A stretch of 64,000 nucleotides of DNA from positions 256,001 through 320,000 of the forward strand of contig CAVXTM010000001.1 in the NCBI GenBank assembly GCA_963764725.1. The letters are read 5' to 3'. Below are positions 18,671 through 30,114 of the stretch, in pieces (positions within the stretch are counted from its first letter, which is position 1; the number at the start of each line of letters is the position of its first letter). The notes beneath the pieces are model-generated. The model was given only the letters and a program-made list of their open reading frames with translations. It ran no database searches and was not told where the DNA came from. The position numbers and the translations under genes are program-made. Source of the DNA: an uncultured Gammaproteobacteria bacterium (GTDB lineage: Bacteria; Pseudomonadota; Gammaproteobacteria; JACCXJ01).

Positions 18671-19783
18671 TTATTGCTGAAATCTATGCAATATGGCTGG
18701 AATCACCGGCGTCTGCGAGCGCACATCGAGGTTTTGCGCGCGGTGTCGCAGCATGTGGTCCATCAGCACCAGCGCCAGCATGGCCTCGGCGATGGGCGTC
18801 GCGCGGATCCCAACACAGGGATCATGGCGGCCAAGAGTGACGACTTCGACGGGGTTGCCTAGGATGTCGATCGAACGGCACGGCAAGCGCAGGCTCGAGG
18901 TCGGTTTAAGCGCGATGCCTACCACGATATCCTGACCGGAGGAGATCCCGCCGAGGATCCCGCCCGCGTGATTGCTGAGAAATCCTTCCGGCGTCATCTC
19001 GTCACGGTGTTCGGTCCCCTTCTGGGTCACGCTCACAAACCCGGCGCCGATGTCCACTCCCTTGACGGCATTGATGCTCATCATGGCCTTGGCGATGTCG
19101 GCATCGAGCCGATCGAAGACGGGTTCTCCGAGACCCGGCGGTACGCCGGTGGCGACCACGTTGACGCGCGCACCAATGGAGTTACCTTCCTTGCGCAAGG
19201 CGTCCATGTAGGCTTCTAGGTCGGGGACCCGCTGCGGATCGGGGCAGAAAAAGGGATTCTGGTCTACGGCCTCCCAGTCGCGGAGCTCGATGCGGTGGGG
19301 CCCCAGCTGAGCGAGATAACCGCGGATCGCGATGCCGTAGCGCTCGCGCAGGTATTTCTTCGCGATCCCGGCCGCGGCTACCCGCATGCAGGTCTCGCGC
19401 GCCGAGGCCCGGCCGCCGCCGCGGTGATCACGGATCCCGTACTTCTGCTGGTAGGTGTAGTCGGCATGGCCGGGCCGAAACTGCGCGAGGATTTTGTCAT
19501 AGTCCTTGGAACGCTGATCGGAATTTTCGATGAGAAGCCCGATCGGCGTCCCGGTGGTCTTGCCCTCGAAGACACCGGAGAGGATTTTCACGAGGTCGGC
19601 TTCACGGCGCTGGGTCGTGTGCCGGGAGGTTCCGGGCTTGCGCCTATCGAGATCGCGCTGCAAATCCGCTTCGGACAACGCGAGTCCGGGCGGACAGCCG
19701 TTGACGATGCAACCGTAGACCGGGCCGTGGCTCTCCCCGAAAGCGGTGATGGTGAACAAGACGCCGAAACTGTTGCCGGACAT
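18671..19783 (-). CDS. aroC: chorismate synthase
   Basis: GESHG, RPGHAD, RASARET, KPTSS, GRHDPC. Confidence 0.97.
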   Translation of the reverse strand: MSGNSFGVLFTITAFGESHGPVYGCIVNGCPPGLALSEADLQRDLDRRKPGTSRHTTQRREADLVKILSGVFEGKTTGTPIGLLIENSDQRSKDYDKILAQFRPGHADYTYQQKYGIRDHRGGGRASARETCMRVAAAGIAKKYLRERYGIAIRGYLAQLGPHRIELRDWEAVDQNPFFCPDPQRVPDLEAYMDALRKEGNSIGARVNVVATGVPPGLGEPVFDRLDADIAKAMMSINAVKGVDIGAGFVSVTQKGTEHRDEMTPEGFLSNHAGGILGGISSGQDIVVGIALKPTSSLRLPCRSIDILGNPVEVVTLGRHDPCVGIRATPIAEAMLALVLMDHMLRHRAQNLDVRSQTPVIPAILHRFQQ

Positions 19784-19839
19784 AGGTAGTATTGTAAACG
19801 TTTAAACGCAGGAGCGTCGTGAGAGCTGTCCCCGCTCTG

Positions 19840-21812
<1,973 letters not shown>

Positions 21813-21826
21813 ATTGGTGTGTCACA

Positions 21827-22249
21827 TTATGTTTCGATAAATAGCGGCGCCACATAGGGGAATACAAGGGCCGCGGTGATGATCACGGTCGCCGTCCAAA
21901 GGCTCAATTTGGCGAAGCGATCCGAGGCCGGCCTCGCGCAGGACGAACCCGGCAGGCATGCCGCTTTCGGCTTGCGGTAGACCATCGCGAATCCCGCTAC
22001 GAGGCACGCGAGTGTTACCACCACGAAGTAGGGTTGATAAGGGGCTAACGCGGTCAGGTTACTGATCCACGCGCCACTGATCCCGAGCGTAAACAAGACC
22101 AGCGGCAGGACACAACAAGAAGAGGCCGCGATCGCGGTGACGATGCCGCCGAGCGACACGAGCGTTTTCCCCGCCGCCTGACGCGTCCGACGAGTTTCAG
22201 TCACTGCTTGTCTTATCAAAGAGTTCTCCGACGGGTTACCGGAAGCCAT
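21827..22249 (-). CDS. merT: mercury transporter
   Basis: ASSCCVLPL, PYQPYF, ACLPGSSCA. Confidence 0.92.
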   Translation of the reverse strand: MASGNPSENSLIRQAVTETRRTRQAAGKTLVSLGGIVTAIAASSCCVLPLVLFTLGISGAWISNLTALAPYQPYFVVVTLACLVAGFAMVYRKPKAACLPGSSCARPASDRFAKLSLWTATVIITAALVFPYVAPLFIET

Positions 22250-22278
22250 GATGATTCCTTCTAATCCGACTGTTAGGT

Positions 22279-22309
22279 AATATAGACCCTGTAGTGACTA
22301 CAGAGTCAA
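22279..22309 (-). promoter_or_regulatory. MerR operator/promoter
   Basis: Minus strand TTGACT, 19-nt spacer, TATATT; dyad CTGTAG-TCA-CTACAG inside the spacer. Confidence 0.9.
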
Positions 22310-22315
22310 GAGGCG

Positions 22316-22750
22316 TTGGTAATTAATACCGAGTCCAGCCGGGCAGGCTTGAAGATCGGCCAGCTTGCGCAGGCCACGAAGTGCAACATCGAAACCATTC
22401 GCTACTACGAACGGGCAGGGCTCCTTCCCTTACCTCCCCGTACGCAAGGTGGTTACCGGGTCTATGAATTAGAACACGTCAAGCGCCTGAACTTTATTCG
22501 GCGAGCTAGGGATCTCGGATTTAGTCTCGAAGAGGTCCGGGCTTTGTTACGGCTCGTGGACGCGCGCGGACGATCATGCAACGAAGCGCGTGCGCTCGCC
22601 GTGCAACACCTCACGGATGTGCAAGCCAAGATCACGGATCTGAAATCCATGGAGCAAGTGCTGAAAACCATGATCGCTCGCTGTAAAGACGGGAACCTGC
22701 CGGATTGTCCTCTCATCGAGGCCCTCTTTCGGGAGTCTTGCTTAAGGTAA
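22316..22750 (+). CDS. merR: MerR-family Hg-responsive regulator (start approximate)
   Basis: ETIRYYER, GFSLEEV, three Cys (SCNE, RCKD, DCPLI); divergent from merT. Confidence 0.9.
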   Translation: MVINTESSRAGLKIGQLAQATKCNIETIRYYERAGLLPLPPRTQGGYRVYELEHVKRLNFIRRARDLGFSLEEVRALLRLVDARGRSCNEARALAVQHLTDVQAKITDLKSMEQVLKTMIARCKDGNLPDCPLIEALFRESCLR

Positions 22751-22970
22751 GGTCCGAGATCCTGGGTTTCCCGTTGGACCGCGAAGAAATCGCTGATCTG
22801 CGCTTACGCGAGGACCTATCCCCGTGCTTCTGCGCCGGCATGGCTGCTCGGGCAGCGCAACATGGGACGAAGAAGCGGCTTTCTGGGTGGCCAAAATTGG
22901 ATGATGTGGACGGGCTTTATACAGAAGCCACAATGGAAGACCTTATCAAGAAGCAGTTATCCTCTGTGAG

Positions 22971-23008
22971 GTCCAACGGGTCGGATATCAGCTCCGACGG
23001 GGTTGGGT
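22971..23008 (+). other. internally shortened attC-like remnant
   Basis: GTCCAAC (RYYYAAC) ... GTTGGGT (GTTRRRY) enclosing a GTCGGA/TCCGAC stem; only 38 bp. Confidence 0.4.
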
Positions 23009-23037
23009 GACACATCGTACTTACAGAGCACAGTTGT

Positions 23038-23361
23038 TCAATACTTCCGCTCGCACTTCACTTCTTCCTTGAATTCATCACGCTTCACCTCCTGCTTGAC
23101 CTTGCATGGGCCGTCCTCAAATTCCTTCTTCCACTCTCCGCCCCATCGTGCACCGACTCCGTCCTTACACTTTATCTCGCGCTTGAACTCTCCGCGCTTT
23201 GATTCGATCTTTACTTCACAGGGGCCATCCCAGAACTCCTCCTTCCATTCGCCTCCCCACCAACGCTTCTTGGCATGGCGACGGTCGTCATCGTAGGCAA
23301 GTACAGTGTTGTGCACACCAAAAATCAGGACTAGGAGAATCGTGATGTGTGATGTCTTCAT
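23038..23361 (-). CDS. secreted small protein with two Cys-paired repeats
   Basis: Signal peptide; WGGEWKEEFWDGPCEVK...IKC and WGGEWKKEFEDGPCKVK...VKC; GGAG RBS. Confidence 0.8.
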   Translation of the reverse strand: MKTSHITILLVLIFGVHNTVLAYDDDRRHAKKRWWGGEWKEEFWDGPCEVKIESKRGEFKREIKCKDGVGARWGGEWKKEFEDGPCKVKQEVKRDEFKEEVKCERKY

Positions 23362-23519
23362 GACTATCTCTCCAAAGGTTAAATGTGGCCAAGATCGAAA
23401 GGCCCTCAGTTCTTAGATTGCGGGCCAACGAACCTGTAGGAAACCTACGGAACTTTCATTGTAGCCGAGGTGCAGATCTGCAACGAATGGTTGGGCAAAG
23501 TGGAGATCTGGGATGCGAC

Positions 23520-23775
23520 ATGGCGCACTATAAGCACGACGACCATGGGCAGACGAGGATGATCGCGGTGAGCTACGAACAGCAGATCCTGCCCGGTAGT
23601 TTTAAATTCACGCTCCATCACCTGATCGATAACGATGTCGATCCATCGGTTTTTGAGACCCGTTACCACAACGACGCGAGCGGGGCGCCGGCCTACGATT
23701 CGGCAATCCTCTTGAAGATAATGCTCTACGCCTATTCGAAAGGCATCACCTCCAGCCGCAAGATAGAATGTCTTT
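23520..23775 (+). pseudogene. IS1182-family transposase N-terminal fragment (DUF772)
   Basis: QILPGSF, GAPAYD..LLKIMLYAY.KGITSSRKIE; homology stops before the tRNA. Confidence 0.85.
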
Positions 23776-23807
23776 TTGACTTTACTGGATGTTGTTGGAC
23801 GGGTGCT

Positions 23808-23894
23808 TGGTGCCGAGAGTGGGAATCGAACCCACACGGGGTTTCCCCCACCAGATTTTGAGTCTGGCGCGTCTGCCTGTTCCGCCACCTCGGC
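23808..23894 (-). tRNA. tRNA-Leu (CAA)
   Basis: GCCGAGG acceptor stem, CCAGA-CTCAAAA-TCTGG anticodon arm, long variable arm, GGTTCGATTCC, encoded CCA. Confidence 0.97.
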
Positions 23895-24124
23895 CGGCAC
23901 CTTCGCTTGGCTAGTATAAGGGAACAGGCTTGATCGGAGAACCCGCAGGACGGGAACGCTGCTGGGCTTCCTCCTCGTGGAAATCGGGTTTGGGATGGAG
24001 TGCGTCAACGAGCTGATCTATACTCAGGCCGCGCTGCACAGAGTCGGGCGATTGACAGATTCTGTCTGATCAACTGTTCGGACCCATGAAGTAGTAAATC
24101 GGACGAGGCGCAACATTCTTAGCT

Positions 24125-24328
24125 ATGGCAAGGAAGATCCGGCAGTTGGTAAAGGACCTGACGGATGCCGGATTTTATGAGATCCAGGCCGGAGGTAAGG
24201 GATCACATCGTAAATTTACGCATGCAGGATATCCGGGCGCCGTGACACTCAGCGGCAAGCCTGGCGATGACGCGAAGCCGTATCAGGAAAGGCAAGTTCA
24301 ACGAGCAGTGGAAGAGGTTCTTAAGTGA
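24125..24328 (+). CDS. hicA: HicA-family toxin
   Basis: GKGSHRKF.H motif, 67 aa. Confidence 0.88.
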   Translation: MARKIRQLVKDLTDAGFYEIQAGGKGSHRKFTHAGYPGAVTLSGKPGDDAKPYQERQVQRAVEEVLK

Positions 24329-24546
24329 AGACGAGCGATAAATACCACAAGTGGGTGGAGTGGAGCGAAGAAAATCAAGCCTACCTTGGAAAATGTCCAG
24401 ACCTCATTACTGGCATTCACGGTGATGATCCCCTACAGGTCTACGGTGATTTGTGCGAGGTGGTGGAGGATGTTATTCAGCATTTTGAATCTGAAGGTCG
24501 TTCTCTTCCTCCACCGAGAGTCCGACCCATGCTTGAGGTAGCGTGA
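24325..24546 (+). CDS. hicB: short HicB-family antitoxin
   Basis: WSEENQAYLGKCPDL, HGDDP, GRSLP; overlaps hicA. Confidence 0.85.
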   Translation: MKTSDKYHKWVEWSEENQAYLGKCPDLITGIHGDDPLQVYGDLCEVVEDVIQHFESEGRSLPPPRVRPMLEVA

Positions 24547-24599
24547 GAGCTTGTGAAAAAACCTGCTGCGCTCGCTCGCGACGATTGATTCACACGCTC
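24547..24599. mobile_element. 53-bp mini-MITE with TGA target duplication
   Basis: TIR GAGCTTGTGAA / TTCACACGCTC (10/11); TGA on both sides. Confidence 0.65.
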
Positions 24600-24610
24600 T
24601 GAGGTCTTAG

Positions 24611-24673
24611 ACCGAACAAAGCGCTTCGCCGGACGCGGCACAAGCAGCGCGCCGGTGAACTTCAACATTCGGT
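24611..24673 (+). other. integron attC site (R' G>A mutated)
   Basis: ACCGAAC ... ATTCGGT, 63 bp; inner TTCGCCGG-A-CGCG / CGCG-CCGGTGAA stem with one extra-helical base. Confidence 0.75.
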
Positions 24674-24697
24674 GCTGAGAAGAGGTCAAGTCATGAC

Positions 24698-25132
24698 ATG
24701 CTTCAGACGGTAGCTCAGTTTGTTGCGATGGTCGCATGCGGCTTGTTTGCCGGTGCCGCTGTTTATATTAACCTTGTTGAACACCCTGCACGGATGGAGT
24801 GCGGTACTGAACTTGCCGCAACCGTTTTTGCGCCGAGCTACCGCAGGGCGGCGGTTATGCAAGCGTCACTCGCTGCACTCGGTTTTCTTTCCGCGGTGGT
24901 GGCATGGTTTGCAGGCGGCACGCTTTGGTGGCTGGTTGGCGGTTTACTCCTTGGGCTCGTCATTCCGTTCACCTTAGTAGTCATCATGCCGACGAACCGA
25001 CAGTTGCTCGACCCCACCTTGGACAGAACGTCCTCAACCGCACGCGAGTTACTCGTTCGCTGGGGCCGATTACATGCCGTACGCAGCGTTCTCAGTATTG
25101 TTGCGCTGGTTATCTTGATCGCCAGCGCCTAA
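24698..25132 (+). CDS. DUF1772 / anthrone-oxygenase-like membrane protein (gene cassette)
   Basis: VEHPAR, PFTL..IMPTN.QL, WGRLHAVRS. Confidence 0.85.
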   Translation: MLQTVAQFVAMVACGLFAGAAVYINLVEHPARMECGTELAATVFAPSYRRAAVMQASLAALGFLSAVVAWFAGGTLWWLVGGLLLGLVIPFTLVVIMPTNRQLLDPTLDRTSSTARELLVRWGRLHAVRSVLSIVALVILIASA

Positions 25133-25222
25133 GGAAGCCCTGCAAAGCTATTGCGCCGCCCATCTGCTTTGTCGCGTGCTCGCTCGTCACTCGCCTATCT
25201 ACCTGATATGTCTCGTGACTCA
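25133..25222. mobile_element. truncated copy of the 18472 MITE
   Basis: GGAAGCCCTGCAAAG left end and shared core TCGCCTATCTACCTGATATGTCTCG; right TIR missing. Confidence 0.8.
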
Positions 25223-25404
25223 CACGGCGGCCGACACCGAGCGTTGAGCAGGACCCCCTCCAATCTATTCCCCGGCATCCTTAGCCATCGGGGTTTCATA
25301 CCCCGTGGTGAGCGAAATCAAATTGAACCATCCGCCCGGAGATCCGGGTCGTGGTGCAGGAAGTAGCGCCGGCCTTTGGGCAAGGGGCATCGTCACGGCT
25401 TTCC

Positions 25405-26526
25405 TCAACCGAGTAACTGGGAATTCTTGGTGTTTCTAAACACCACGGGCTTTTCAGCACGCTGGGCGGCCCGCTCGATCGCGCCAAGGACCCGATCATG
25501 GTGGGGCGAGAGATCGCAGACGGGGTCCGCGTTAGCGGCGTCGCCGGTGAGCATGTAGGCTTGGCAGCGGCACCCGCCGAAGTCCTTGAAGCGCTCGGGG
25601 CAGGAGCGGCATGGCTCGCGCATCCACTCGAAACCGCGATAGCGGTTGAAGGCGGCCGACTCGTTCCAGATCCACTCGATGCCGTGGTCGCGGACATTCG
25701 GGAAATCCAGCCCGGGGAGTTGCCGGGCGGCATGGCAGGGGAGCGCGGTGCCATCGGGCGCGATGCAGAGAAACACGGCGCCCCAGCCGTTCATGCAGGC
25801 TTTGGGGCGTTTCTCATAATAATCGGGAACGACATAAAAGATTTTCATCCTGCCTTTCATGCTTTCCTGATAGGCATGGGCGACGGCCTCGGCCCGATCG
25901 AGTTGCTCACGGCTGGGCAGCAAGCGATCGCGGTTGTGAAAGGCCCAGCCGTAATACTGCGTCGTGGCAAGCTCCACGTAGTCGGCGTCGAGGTCGCTGG
26001 CGAGACGCAGCATGTCCGCAATCTGGTCGACGTTATCGCGATGAGTCACAAAGCACAGAACCATCGGGTAGCCATGTTTCTTTACGGCGCGCGCCATCTC
26101 GACCTTGTGCGTGAACGCTTCCGTTCCCGCCAGATAATCGTTGAGATCCTTCCGGCTCGCCTGGAAACTGATCTGGATATGGTCCAATCCGGCCTCGCGG
26201 AACGCTTTGAGGCGAGCCTCATCCATGCCGAGCCCCGAGGTGATAAGGTTGGTATAAAAGCCTAAGGATCGAGCTTCCCTGATTAGAATTTCAAGATCGC
26301 GGCGCACCAGCGGTTCGCCGCCGGAGAAGCCCAATTGCGTTGCGCCTAGCGCGCGGGCTTGGCGCAGCACCGTGAGCCAATCCTCGGTGCTCAGTTCGTC
26401 CTTAGTGCGCGCGTAATCGACGGGGTTCGAGCAGTAGGGACACTGCAGCGGACAGGCATAGGTCAACTCCGCTAGCAGCCACAGAGGCTTAGGCCGCGCC
26501 GCTGATTCGAACCCAGCCGTGCTCAT
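25405..26526 (-). CDS. pqqE: PQQ biosynthesis radical SAM enzyme
   Basis: [36 protein letters not shown]. Confidence 0.96.
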   Translation of the reverse strand: MSTAGFESAARPKPLWLLAELTYACPLQCPYCSNPVDYARTKDELSTEDWLTVLRQARALGATQLGFSGGEPLVRRDLEILIREARSLGFYTNLITSGLGMDEARLKAFREAGLDHIQISFQASRKDLNDYLAGTEAFTHKVEMARAVKKHGYPMVLCFVTHRDNVDQIADMLRLASDLDADYVELATTQYYGWAFHNRDRLLPSREQLDRAEAVAHAYQESMKGRMKIFYVVPDYYEKRPKACMNGWGAVFLCIAPDGTALPCHAARQLPGLDFPNVRDHGIEWIWNESAAFNRYRGFEWMREPCRSCPERFKDFGGCRCQAYMLTGDAANADPVCDLSPHHDRVLGAIERAAQRAEKPVVFRNTKNSQLLG

Positions 26527-26776
26527 GCGCAGTCTCCATAAAATGCCTGATCTCGTCGCCGATTCTAGCCCCGGAAAACTGCCGCTCGAGGTCGTCGATG
26601 ATGGCGCTCAAGCGGGTTTTCCCGTCGCACCGCGTGAGGATCTCCCCGGCGGTCTTGTTGAGCTTGACCATGCCTTCCGGATACAGAATGACATAGGCTT
26701 GCTGAGCCTCCTCCCACTGCAAGCGAAACAGGGGGGCGATCTGAGGGATGCAGTCATCCGCGAAATGCGCGCTCAT
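26489..26776 (-). CDS. pqqD: PQQ peptide chaperone
   Basis: [19 protein letters not shown]. Confidence 0.93.
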   Translation of the reverse strand: MSAHFADDCIPQIAPLFRLQWEEAQQAYVILYPEGMVKLNKTAGEILTRCDGKTRLSAIIDDLERQFSGARIGDEIRHFMETAHEHGWVRISGAA

Positions 26777-26779
26777 CGC

Positions 26780-27520
26780 TCAAGGCACAACATTGAAATA
26801 CGGCTGGCGGTGATCCACATACGCGAGCCATAGTGCATCGAGCATCGTCCACAACACATCGAGCTTAAACTTTAAAATCGCAAGCGCGCGCTGCTGCTCG
26901 GTACGGCTACGGAAAGTGTCGAGCGTGATCGCCAGCCCGTGCTCGACATCGCGCCGCGCTTCCCGCAACCGCTGGCGAAAGTAGGCATAGCCCGCGGGTT
27001 GGATCCAGGGATAATGCTCGGGCCAACGGTCGAGGCGTTGCTGGTGGATCGCGGGGGCGAAAAGCTCGGTAAGCGAGGAACAGGCAGCCTCTTGCCAGGT
27101 GGCGCGGCGGGCGAAGTTCACATAGGCATCGACCGCGAAACGCACCCCGGGCACTACCCGCTCGTGTGACCACAGCTCCTCGCGCGTGAGCCCCACCGCC
27201 TCGCCAAGCCGTAGCCAGGCGTCGATGCCTCCCTCATCGCCCGCGCTGCCGTCGTGATCGACGATCCGTTGGATCCACTGGCGGCGCACCTCGCGGTCGG
27301 GACAGTTCGAGAGCACGGCGGCATCCTTGATGGGGATGCTCACCTGATAGTAAAAACGGTTCGCGACCCATCCCCGCACGCCATTCTCATCGAGCTTTCC
27401 GCTGTTCATGAGCACGTGGAAGGGATGGTGGATATGATAGTACCGTTCCATGGAACGCAGTTCTTGCTCGAATTGGGCGCGCGTCCACGCGGCGGGCTCG
27501 CTGACGGGCGCATCATTCAC
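26780..27520 (-). CDS. pqqC: PQQ synthase
   Basis: [31 protein letters not shown]. Confidence 0.96.
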   Translation of the reverse strand: MNDAPVSEPAAWTRAQFEQELRSMERYYHIHHPFHVLMNSGKLDENGVRGWVANRFYYQVSIPIKDAAVLSNCPDREVRRQWIQRIVDHDGSAGDEGGIDAWLRLGEAVGLTREELWSHERVVPGVRFAVDAYVNFARRATWQEAACSSLTELFAPAIHQQRLDRWPEHYPWIQPAGYAYFRQRLREARRDVEHGLAITLDTFRSRTEQQRALAILKFKLDVLWTMLDALWLAYVDHRQPYFNVVP

Positions 27521-28431
27521 AGCACGATCTCCATGCCGTCATACGCCACCTCAATGCCGCGTTCGGTCAGCGCCTGCCGCTCAGGACCGTCCTCGTTGAG
27601 GATCGGGTTGGTATTATTGATATGGATGAGCACCTTGCGCGGCTGTGACAGTGGCTCCAGGATGCTCAACATGCCTCCCTCCCCCGAGAGTGCGAGGTGG
27701 CCCATATCGCTTGCGAGCCTGGTGCTGATCCCGAACCGCAGGAGCTCGTCCTCGGTCCACAAGGTGCCATCGACGAGCACACAATCGGCTTCTGACAAGT
27801 TGCGGTATACCTGGTCGTCGACTTCGCCGAGGCCTGGCGCATAAAACAGGACCTTTGAAGTATCGAGGTCTTCGATCTTGACGCCGATCGTATCGCCGCG
27901 GTGCGGGTTGTGGCGGTGGGGCGAATAAGGGGGCGCCTCGCTTCGCAAAGGCACCGCGGTGAAGCGCAAATTTGCGGCGCGGGGTACGGTGAACGGCTCG
28001 CCGTCGATGGGCAGCGTACGCCATTCGACCCCGCAATAGTATTCCAGCACTCGAAACAGTGGGTAGCCCGTCGTCAGATCTTGATAAACCATGTTGGTAC
28101 AATAGACGTCCAACGGCTGCTTATGTTCGCGTAGCATCATCAAACCGGTGGTGTGGTCGATCTGGGCATCGACCAGCACGATGGCGCAGATCCCCGTGTC
28201 GCGCACGCCGCGGCCTGGCTGCAAGGCCGGCACGGAGACTAACTGGGTGCGTATGTCGGGCGAGGCGTTGAACAGCACCCAGTCGACACCGTTGCCGGAG
28301 ACGGCTATCGAGGATTGCGAACGCGCGCGGGCGCGCAAGGACCCCGTGCGCAGACCCTTGCAATTCGGGCAGTTACAGTTCCATTGGGGAAAACCGCCGC
28401 CAGCGGCGGAACCGAGGACGTGAATACGCAT
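27517..28431 (-). CDS. pqqB: PQQ biosynthesis protein B
   Basis: [23 protein letters not shown]. Confidence 0.96.
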   Translation of the reverse strand: MRIHVLGSAAGGGFPQWNCNCPNCKGLRTGSLRARARSQSSIAVSGNGVDWVLFNASPDIRTQLVSVPALQPGRGVRDTGICAIVLVDAQIDHTTGLMMLREHKQPLDVYCTNMVYQDLTTGYPLFRVLEYYCGVEWRTLPIDGEPFTVPRAANLRFTAVPLRSEAPPYSPHRHNPHRGDTIGVKIEDLDTSKVLFYAPGLGEVDDQVYRNLSEADCVLVDGTLWTEDELLRFGISTRLASDMGHLALSGEGGMLSILEPLSQPRKVLIHINNTNPILNEDGPERQALTERGIEVAYDGMEIVL

Positions 28432-28683
28432 GGATGGCTTGAACGTCGTAAGGGGCGCCATCGTAGCAGAAACGGCGCGCCTTGTCTGACAGGATCGCGG
28501 CGATGATTAGCCCCCGCCAGAATCCGACCGGGTCCGCTCCAGAAGCGAGCGCTGCCGCGCTCGGAACCGGATTAGACCCGCGCACCAAAGTAATTTAAGG
28601 TCATGCTCCGTTATGGAGCCGTCATGCCTATGGATGTCCCACAAAGGTGCGTCGGACCGCTACCGCGCAGCCCAGTGCATGGC

Positions 28684-30051
28684 CTAGGTTAAAAACACGG
28701 CGGCGAGACCCAGGAACACGGAGAATCCGACTACATCGGTCACCGTGGTCAAAAACAACCCTCCGGCAAGCGCCGGATCGATGCCAAGTTTCTTCAGGCC
28801 GAGCGGAATGAGCGTACCCGCCAAGGCCGCAGCGGCTAAATTGGCCAGGAGCGCAAGCCCGAGGATTAAGCCGAGCCCCACGTCCGAAAACCAGGTGGCG
28901 GCTACAAACCCGACCACGACGGCCCAGAGTATCCCATTGCAAACACCCACGGCGATCTCCTTCTTGAGCAGCGATCCTAAGTTATCCTGGCCCACCCGAT
29001 CCAAGGCCAAACCCCGAATCATGATCGTAAGCGTCTGACTGCCGGCGACGCCTCCCATGCCGGCAACGATGGGCATCAGGATCGCGAGCGCCACGATCTC
29101 CTGCAGCGTGGCCTCAAAGCGCCCGATGACCCAGGCCGCAAGAAACGCCGTAATCAGATTGACGCCCAACCACACCGCACGGCGCGGCGCACTCACCGCG
29201 ATCGGTGCGAACATGTCATCCCCTTCGTCCAAACCCGCGAGGCTCATCAGCGAATGGTCACCTTGGTCGCGGATCACATCGACCACATCATCGACGGTGA
29301 TCCTGCCGATCAAGCGGCCGTTTTTATCGACCACCGGCGCCGACACCAAGTCGCGTTGCTCGAACCTCTTGGCCACTTCGGCCGCCGGGAGATCGGCGGG
29401 GATCGCTTCCGGTTCCCTGACCATCACGTTCTCGACCTTGCGATCGGGATCATTTGTAAGCAGGGCCGTAATCGGCAGCAAACCTTGATACCTGTGGTTG
29501 CGATCGACCACCATGAGGTTATCGGTTTTTTCCGGGATCTCGGCGCGCCAGCGCAGATAGCGAATGACAACGTCGAGGTCTACATCACCGCGGACGGTGA
29601 TGGCATCGGTATTCATCAAACCACCGGCCGTATCCTCCGGGTAGTACAAAACCGAAGATACGCGGACACGGTTTTGCTCGTCCATAAGCCGCAACACGCT
29701 ATCGAGCACCGTTTCCGGCAAGTCCTGCAAGATGTCGGCGGCGTCGTCGCTCGCAAGGCCGCGTGTCACATCCGCTACTCTGTCCGCACCCATGTTCTCC
29801 AATAAGCCTGCACGCACCGCATCCTGTGCATGGGATAAGACAGCGCCCTGCTGCTCAGGCGAGATAAGTTGCCACACTTGTAGGCGTTGGTGCGGGGGAA
29901 GGGACTCGATCAGATCGGCTATCTCGGCAGGATGACGATCCGCCAGCTCTTTACCGACGGTGACAAGATCACCTTCCGAAAGCGCGTCTTGCAGTATGCC
30001 CCGGAAGATCTCCGCGGTCTCTTGCCCTGTATTTTGAGATGCTTGGGTCAT
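28684..30051 (-). CDS. mgtE: magnesium transporter
   Basis: CBS pair, ITVDDVVD, GSQT, IDPALA..TTVTD. Confidence 0.95.
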   Translation of the reverse strand: MTQASQNTGQETAEIFRGILQDALSEGDLVTVGKELADRHPAEIADLIESLPPHQRLQVWQLISPEQQGAVLSHAQDAVRAGLLENMGADRVADVTRGLASDDAADILQDLPETVLDSVLRLMDEQNRVRVSSVLYYPEDTAGGLMNTDAITVRGDVDLDVVIRYLRWRAEIPEKTDNLMVVDRNHRYQGLLPITALLTNDPDRKVENVMVREPEAIPADLPAAEVAKRFEQRDLVSAPVVDKNGRLIGRITVDDVVDVIRDQGDHSLMSLAGLDEGDDMFAPIAVSAPRRAVWLGVNLITAFLAAWVIGRFEATLQEIVALAILMPIVAGMGGVAGSQTLTIMIRGLALDRVGQDNLGSLLKKEIAVGVCNGILWAVVVGFVAATWFSDVGLGLILGLALLANLAAAALAGTLIPLGLKKLGIDPALAGGLFLTTVTDVVGFSVFLGLAAVFLT

Positions 30052-30114
30052 CGGGTATCAATACCTTCGGCGAGCATGCCTCCGACGGCATAGGTGGGAT
30101 TCTGCCGAGGCGCT

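Noticed and set aside
23060-23265. DGR template/variable repeat pair
   Set aside because: Both copies are in-frame protein repeats within one small ORF and no reverse transcriptase is present
23445-24008. 187-aa minus-strand ORF
   Set aside because: Runs through the tRNA and antisense to the transposase fragment
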